This document shows, in pieces, positions 60,335-64,000 of a DNA stretch of 64,000 nucleotides. Source of the DNA: an uncultured virus (IMG/VR IMGVR_UViG_3300042569_000394) (Duplodnaviria > Heunggongvirae > Uroviricota > Caudoviricetes); IMG/VR virus record IMGVR_UViG_3300042569_000394; one strand, given 5' to 3'. The translations under genes and the position numbers were made by a program. The first letter of the stretch is position 1, and each line of letters opens with the position of its first letter. The notes below the pieces were generated by a model, which had not been told where the DNA came from, did not search any database, and worked only from the letters and a program-made list of their open reading frames with translations.

Positions 60335-60913
60335 ATGAAATTTAAAATTGCTGCAATAGGACTTGTGGTCCTAACGATAACAACCTGCTCTGTACCAGCA
60401 GGTGCTAAATTAATAGAAGACCCAAACAACGTTTATCAGAAAAAGACTAGCGTTAGTTCGGTTTTTAATGTGCAACCCCAAAGAACCATACTGAGCGATC
60501 ATTATCTAAAAAATCAAACCCTGGTTAATAATGGACTAAAAGTCAAGTCCGTGGTCAAGAAACTAAAATCAACGGTCGGTAAGACCTGGTACGTCTTTTC
60601 TGGAAGTACTCCTTCTGGATGGGACTGCTCTGGTTTAACAATGTGGTTTTATGAGCAACTTGATATCCCCCTAGAGCACAGGGCTTCTAAACAACAGATT
60701 GCTGGAAGAGCAACCAACAACCCAAAGCCTGGGGATCTCGTAATCTTTAAATACAAAGGGTATAAGACTGCGTATCACGTTGGTATCTATATTGGTGATG
60801 GACTTATGATTCATGCCCCAAGAAAAGGCGAAGTAACTAGAGTAGAGTCAGTTACCCAATTTGGTGGGAAGTATTCTAAGATTAGTTACAGAAGTTTAAT
60901 AGACGTTCTTTAG
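60335..60913 (+). CDS. Secreted NlpC/P60 (C40) peptidoglycan endopeptidase
   Basis: Signal peptide; GWDCSGL, PGDLV, HVGIYIG...IHA (Cys-His-His); AAGGAGGT RBS. Confidence 0.93.
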   Translation: MKFKIAAIGLVVLTITTCSVPAGAKLIEDPNNVYQKKTSVSSVFNVQPQRTILSDHYLKNQTLVNNGLKVKSVVKKLKSTVGKTWYVFSGSTPSGWDCSGLTMWFYEQLDIPLEHRASKQQIAGRATNNPKPGDLVIFKYKGYKTAYHVGIYIGDGLMIHAPRKGEVTRVESVTQFGGKYSKISYRSLIDVL

Positions 60914-61362
60914 TTACAGTCTGGTGCGGTTATTCCAGCCTTGTTTGGGTCATTGTCATAACCAACAGCACAACTCCAACTACTGCCAATTTCTCCAAGG
61001 TTATTTAATAGATTATATCTATCAACACAGTTTGTATTTGCTGCAAAGGTTGGCCCAGAAGGTCCAAAGTTTGGCTCACAATATGAATACCAGATACCCA
61101 AAACTCCTGGCGGTGGCTCAACATAATTATATGTTACATAAGAAACTGATGTTGATCTTTCTGCATCTGAGCCAGCAGAAAGTGATTGAGAGGCAACCGT
61201 TCCATTGTTTCCAGAGGTTGCTCCAGTTGTTGTTGTTGTGACTGTTCCCACAGATAGGTTTGCAGATGCAAGTGTTGAGTTTGCTACTGTAGAAGATAGC
61301 CCAATAATGCTTGGAACTATAACTCTAGACCAAGACGAAGCAACATATCCAATTGAACCCAA
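60910..61362 (-). CDS. PASTA-domain protein with a Cys-containing C-terminal domain
   Basis: VIVPSIIGLSSTVANSTLASANLSVG...NGTVASQSLSAGS...SVSYVTY matches the PASTA pattern; GAGGTGA RBS and TTG start. Confidence 0.7.
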   Translation of the reverse strand: MGSIGYVASSWSRVIVPSIIGLSSTVANSTLASANLSVGTVTTTTTGATSGNNGTVASQSLSAGSDAERSTSVSYVTYNYVEPPPGVLGIWYSYCEPNFGPSGPTFAANTNCVDRYNLLNNLGEIGSSWSCAVGYDNDPNKAGITAPDCN

Positions 61363-61375
61363 ACTGTCACCTCTC

Positions 61376-62026
61376 CTAAGACTTCAAATCACCAATTAGT
61401 ACCCAAGTGTTTGTATCTATTTTAATTAGGGTTGCACCAGAATATTGTGCATTAAGTTTTAGCCAAGAGTTTTTGCTATTAAGGGTTACTCCGCTAGCAA
61501 CTCCAAATGCCACGGTACCGCTGCCGAGTCCAACAAAATCAATCTTTGTGCCAATGGCAAATGGAACAGATGTGTTTGTTGGGACTGTGATTGTTACTGT
61601 TGAGCCAGAGTTTACTGTGATTGTCTTTGATGAATCTGGCAAAGCAATTGTGTAGTCTGAGGTCTTTGCAACAAATGCGGTATCTGCGTAGTTTACCCAC
61701 TTGCTTGTTACAGAAGAATAATATTGAATCTGGTTTGCGGTGTTAACTCCGTTTACAGTCTTTACGAATGCTACAGTTCCGTGATCTGGTGATGGAATTG
61801 CTGCGTCACGAGCAGACTCTGTTTCAAAATTATTGACACCGCCCTGGGCCTTTACAACTTCTTCAAAGGTTACTTGCTGGTCGTTAAATGTGTGTGTGCC
61901 AGTCCATGTGTAATCTGCGTTGGTGCTAGCGATTCCAATAATTGGGTGCCAACTTCCATTTCCTGCAGGAGTTGATTCTTTAAATACATAGGCAACTCTT
62001 GACTGGTTGCTTTTAGTTGCTGCCAT
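61376..62026 (-). CDS. Fibre protein with the same C-terminal domain as 55239-56636
   Basis: FETESARDAAIPSP..G; TITVP...FAIGT.I...GVTLN...LKL..QYS.ATLIK..TNTWVLIGDL. Confidence 0.78.
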   Translation of the reverse strand: MAATKSNQSRVAYVFKESTPAGNGSWHPIIGIASTNADYTWTGTHTFNDQQVTFEEVVKAQGGVNNFETESARDAAIPSPDHGTVAFVKTVNGVNTANQIQYYSSVTSKWVNYADTAFVAKTSDYTIALPDSSKTITVNSGSTVTITVPTNTSVPFAIGTKIDFVGLGSGTVAFGVASGVTLNSKNSWLKLNAQYSGATLIKIDTNTWVLIGDLKS

Positions 62027-62451
62027 TATACAATCACCTTCCAGGTAGTTCCATCATAGACTTTTAAAGATAGGTCGTTGGTGTCTGTGCTGTCTACCCA
62101 CAAAGATCCAAGAACTGGCGTAGATGGGGCTGTTGTTTGATATGCTGCTACAAGTCCAGGCTGTGCTCCTAGAGATTGAGTAGAATCTACCCAAATATAT
62201 CCATCTGGAATTCCAGTTGGCATAGTAGCACTATATTCGCTACCTGGCCCAGAGTCTTCTACAGAAGCAATTCTTCCATCAAGATCATTGATGTATCCAG
62301 CAATAGACTCTGCTTCAAGTTCTGCTGGGTCTGTGTTGTCTGGGTCGTACGCTGTTCCATAGTGGTACAAACGCAAGGCAGCCTGAATGTCTGCGTTCTC
62401 ATCTAGAGACGGCATTTGAGTAGGAATTAGATTTCCAATAGATTCAGCCAT
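62026..62451 (-). CDS. Fibre/appendage protein
   Basis: ADIQAALRLYHYG; P...G.IWVDS repeats; KVYDGTTW. Confidence 0.72.
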   Translation of the reverse strand: MAESIGNLIPTQMPSLDENADIQAALRLYHYGTAYDPDNTDPAELEAESIAGYINDLDGRIASVEDSGPGSEYSATMPTGIPDGYIWVDSTQSLGAQPGLVAAYQTTAPSTPVLGSLWVDSTDTNDLSLKVYDGTTWKVIV

Positions 62452-62469
62452 AATTAATCACCAATAAAA

Positions 62470-63036
62470 TTATACCACAGTAATGAAAAGGTGTACTGAT
62501 TTTGATCCAGATAGATCGCTCCATGTTGTTCCATCAAATTCGGTAGCGTAGAGGTTAATTGGTAGGTTACCGTTAGAAGGATTTGACACAGAAATAGACG
62601 ATGCAATTGGTGAGGAACCCAAGATAGAATACTGGACATTAAAGTTTGCTGCAGTTAACCCAGACACAGATCCAGAATCAACAATGCTAGTAACTGCAAT
62701 ATTAGAGATTGTTGCCTCTCCGTTAGAAAATGTAACAGTCTTGTTTACGCTGTAAGTATTTGGGATTATTGATAGGATTTCTACCCAAACAAGTGCTCCA
62801 CCGTCGCCAGGAACATACTGATACATTTTTTTATTTTGAGTGTTAATGCACATATCAAAAGCCTGAAGAACATTGCCCTCAAGTTCGTTGTTTTCTGTTA
62901 ATGATGTGGGGTCAGACGATACTACAATAAAAATTGAACCCCTGTCCCCCTCGGCCCCTAGGTCAACTTGAACAGATACCTGAGAAGGTCCTCCGAGTAC
63001 GGTAAGTTCTTCGGAATCCAATACAATGTCAACCAT
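62470..63036 (-). CDS. Virion structural protein
   Basis: GAEGDRGS collagen-like stub; packed in the appendage cluster. Confidence 0.65.
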   Translation of the reverse strand: MVDIVLDSEELTVLGGPSQVSVQVDLGAEGDRGSIFIVVSSDPTSLTENNELEGNVLQAFDMCINTQNKKMYQYVPGDGGALVWVEILSIIPNTYSVNKTVTFSNGEATISNIAVTSIVDSGSVSGLTAANFNVQYSILGSSPIASSISVSNPSNGNLPINLYATEFDGTTWSDLSGSKSVHLFITVV

Positions 63037-63037
63037 T

Positions 63038-63418
63038 TTATGGGGCCACCGTTCCAGATACGTGATCTGTTACAGAGATTGTCCCTGTCAAGAGTGTGTA
63101 GACTAGGTTATATGATGCAGGTACGGTCTTAGAAACCTCTACGTCATAAACATATACCGTTCCTGCCGTTAGAGAAAGTCCTTGCTGGTCAGTTGGTGCA
63201 ATAGCACACTGAACATATGAGAAGTCTGGAGCAATTGTAGCAACACCCTCTATTCTTGATGCATAGCCTGCATTACCTCGTTGTGTTTGAATAAAAAACT
63301 TTGCAGTGCTAAAGCCAGAAAGAGAAAACGTGTTTCCGTTTGCATCTTTCGGGTAGATACGAAATTCTAGGGTGTCTCCCCTATAGTAATTAATATTATA
63401 TGTGCCTGGAAATGCCAT
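63038..63418 (-). CDS. Small beta-sandwich virion protein (RGDT family, paralog 2)
   Basis: NYYRGDT...YVYDVEV...LLTGTISV; GGAGG RBS. Confidence 0.72.
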   Translation of the reverse strand: MAFPGTYNINYYRGDTLEFRIYPKDANGNTFSLSGFSTAKFFIQTQRGNAGYASRIEGVATIAPDFSYVQCAIAPTDQQGLSLTAGTVYVYDVEVSKTVPASYNLVYTLLTGTISVTDHVSGTVAP

Positions 63419-63451
63419 AATTCCTCCAAAGATTATTATACACTACAAAAC

Positions 63452-63538
63452 CTATTTATTTATTTTATAAACTTTTTGACCAATGCGAATGACTGGCGGT
63501 AGTTCTGGTCTTGGGGTAGAGACTCTAATAACAGCCAT
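63452..63538 (-). CDS. 28-aa small protein
   Basis: Not in track: MAVIRVSTPRPELPPVIRIGQKVYKINK*; TAATG coupling to the upstream stop. Confidence 0.6.
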   Translation of the reverse strand: MAVIRVSTPRPELPPVIRIGQKVYKINK

Positions 63539-63909
63539 TATAGACCACCAGAGACATCAGCAGCAACTACGATTGTTCCGATAATTGGTGTCCAGATTTC
63601 GTTATCAATGATTACCTCTAGATCAAACGCCAGTTCGGCTACGACTGAAGAGAAGCCTACCCCCCAGTTTTCAGTAATGTCAGAGTCTGCTATAATATCA
63701 ACGTAACCTGTGCCAACAACAACATCAAGTTCGTCAAGAGCCTCTCCCTTGGTATCATAAGAAGATGACACAAATGTCCAATCAGAGATGTCAAGGTATG
63801 TGGATTCGTCGTTCTCTAGGAATTCGATACGAAGTTTGGCTGTGTCACCACGGACAACATTCCACTTAAAATTAATAGGCTTTTGCCCAAATTGATCTTG
63901 AATAGTCAT
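63538..63909 (-). CDS. Small beta-sandwich virion protein (RGDT family, paralog 3); leaderless
   Basis: WNVVRGDTA...FDLEV...GTIVV; ATG 6 nt after TGTTATAAT. Confidence 0.72.
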   Translation of the reverse strand: MTIQDQFGQKPINFKWNVVRGDTAKLRIEFLENDESTYLDISDWTFVSSSYDTKGEALDELDVVVGTGYVDIIADSDITENWGVGFSSVVAELAFDLEVIIDNEIWTPIIGTIVVAADVSGGL

Positions 63910-63931
63910 AAACTAATTATAACAGCATAAT

Positions 63932-63983
63932 AAAAAACTAGTGCCCAAGGCGGTGGGTATGAGAGACAGCCCTGGGCACCAGT
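63932..63983 (-). ncRNA. Candidate ~52-nt hairpin small RNA
   Basis: TGATATAAT at 63990-63998 puts the start site at the 5' base of a 14-15 bp stem, which ends in a U-run. Confidence 0.5.
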
Positions 63984-64000
63984 ATATAAATTATATCACA

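Noticed and set aside
1608..62406. The many plus-strand and nested ORFs in the track other than 60335-60913
   Set aside because: They are antisense or alternate-frame shadows of well-supported minus-strand genes, with no recognisable motifs
63932..63983. tRNA-Met, suggested by the CAU loop
   Set aside because: Single hairpin with no D or T arms and no CCA; no tRNA genes recognised in the window

Overview
A 64 kb segment of a large lytic-type tailed dsDNA phage (siphovirus-like: long tape measure and tail tube, no sheath gene seen). The host is probably an actinobacterium; this is inferred from leaderless genes, PASTA and NlpC/P60 domains, DnaE and signal-peptide style. All credible genes but one (NlpC/P60, 60335-60913) are on the minus strand. 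In transcription order (right to left): tail-fibre/appendage genes, a fibre-modification cassette, portal, protease/scaffold, capsid, neck and tail genes, a 3615-aa tape measure, minor tail genes, replication/recombination genes (DnaB, primase, SSB, DnaE, MazG-like, RecA, Cas4-like, RuvC-like), terminase, class II RNR with thioredoxin, and two secreted proteins. Main candidates for novelty: (1) the tape measure looks like a polyprotein, with a HipA-like kinase, a PNKP-type HAD phosphatase, an ADP-ribosyltransferase and two unknown domains between repeated [FMLY]-[AS]-x-G-G motifs, suggesting effectors injected with the DNA; (2) an FN3 protein ending in (PPYF)n followed by a prolyl-hydroxylase-like oxygenase, an unknown gene and a sulfotransferase-like gene; (3) tail chaperones G and GT apparently made by gene duplication instead of a frameshift; (4) a stand-alone ~52-nt hairpin RNA; (5) a switch-like leader before the NlpC/P60 gene. 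All family assignments are motif recognition by eye; no database search was run.
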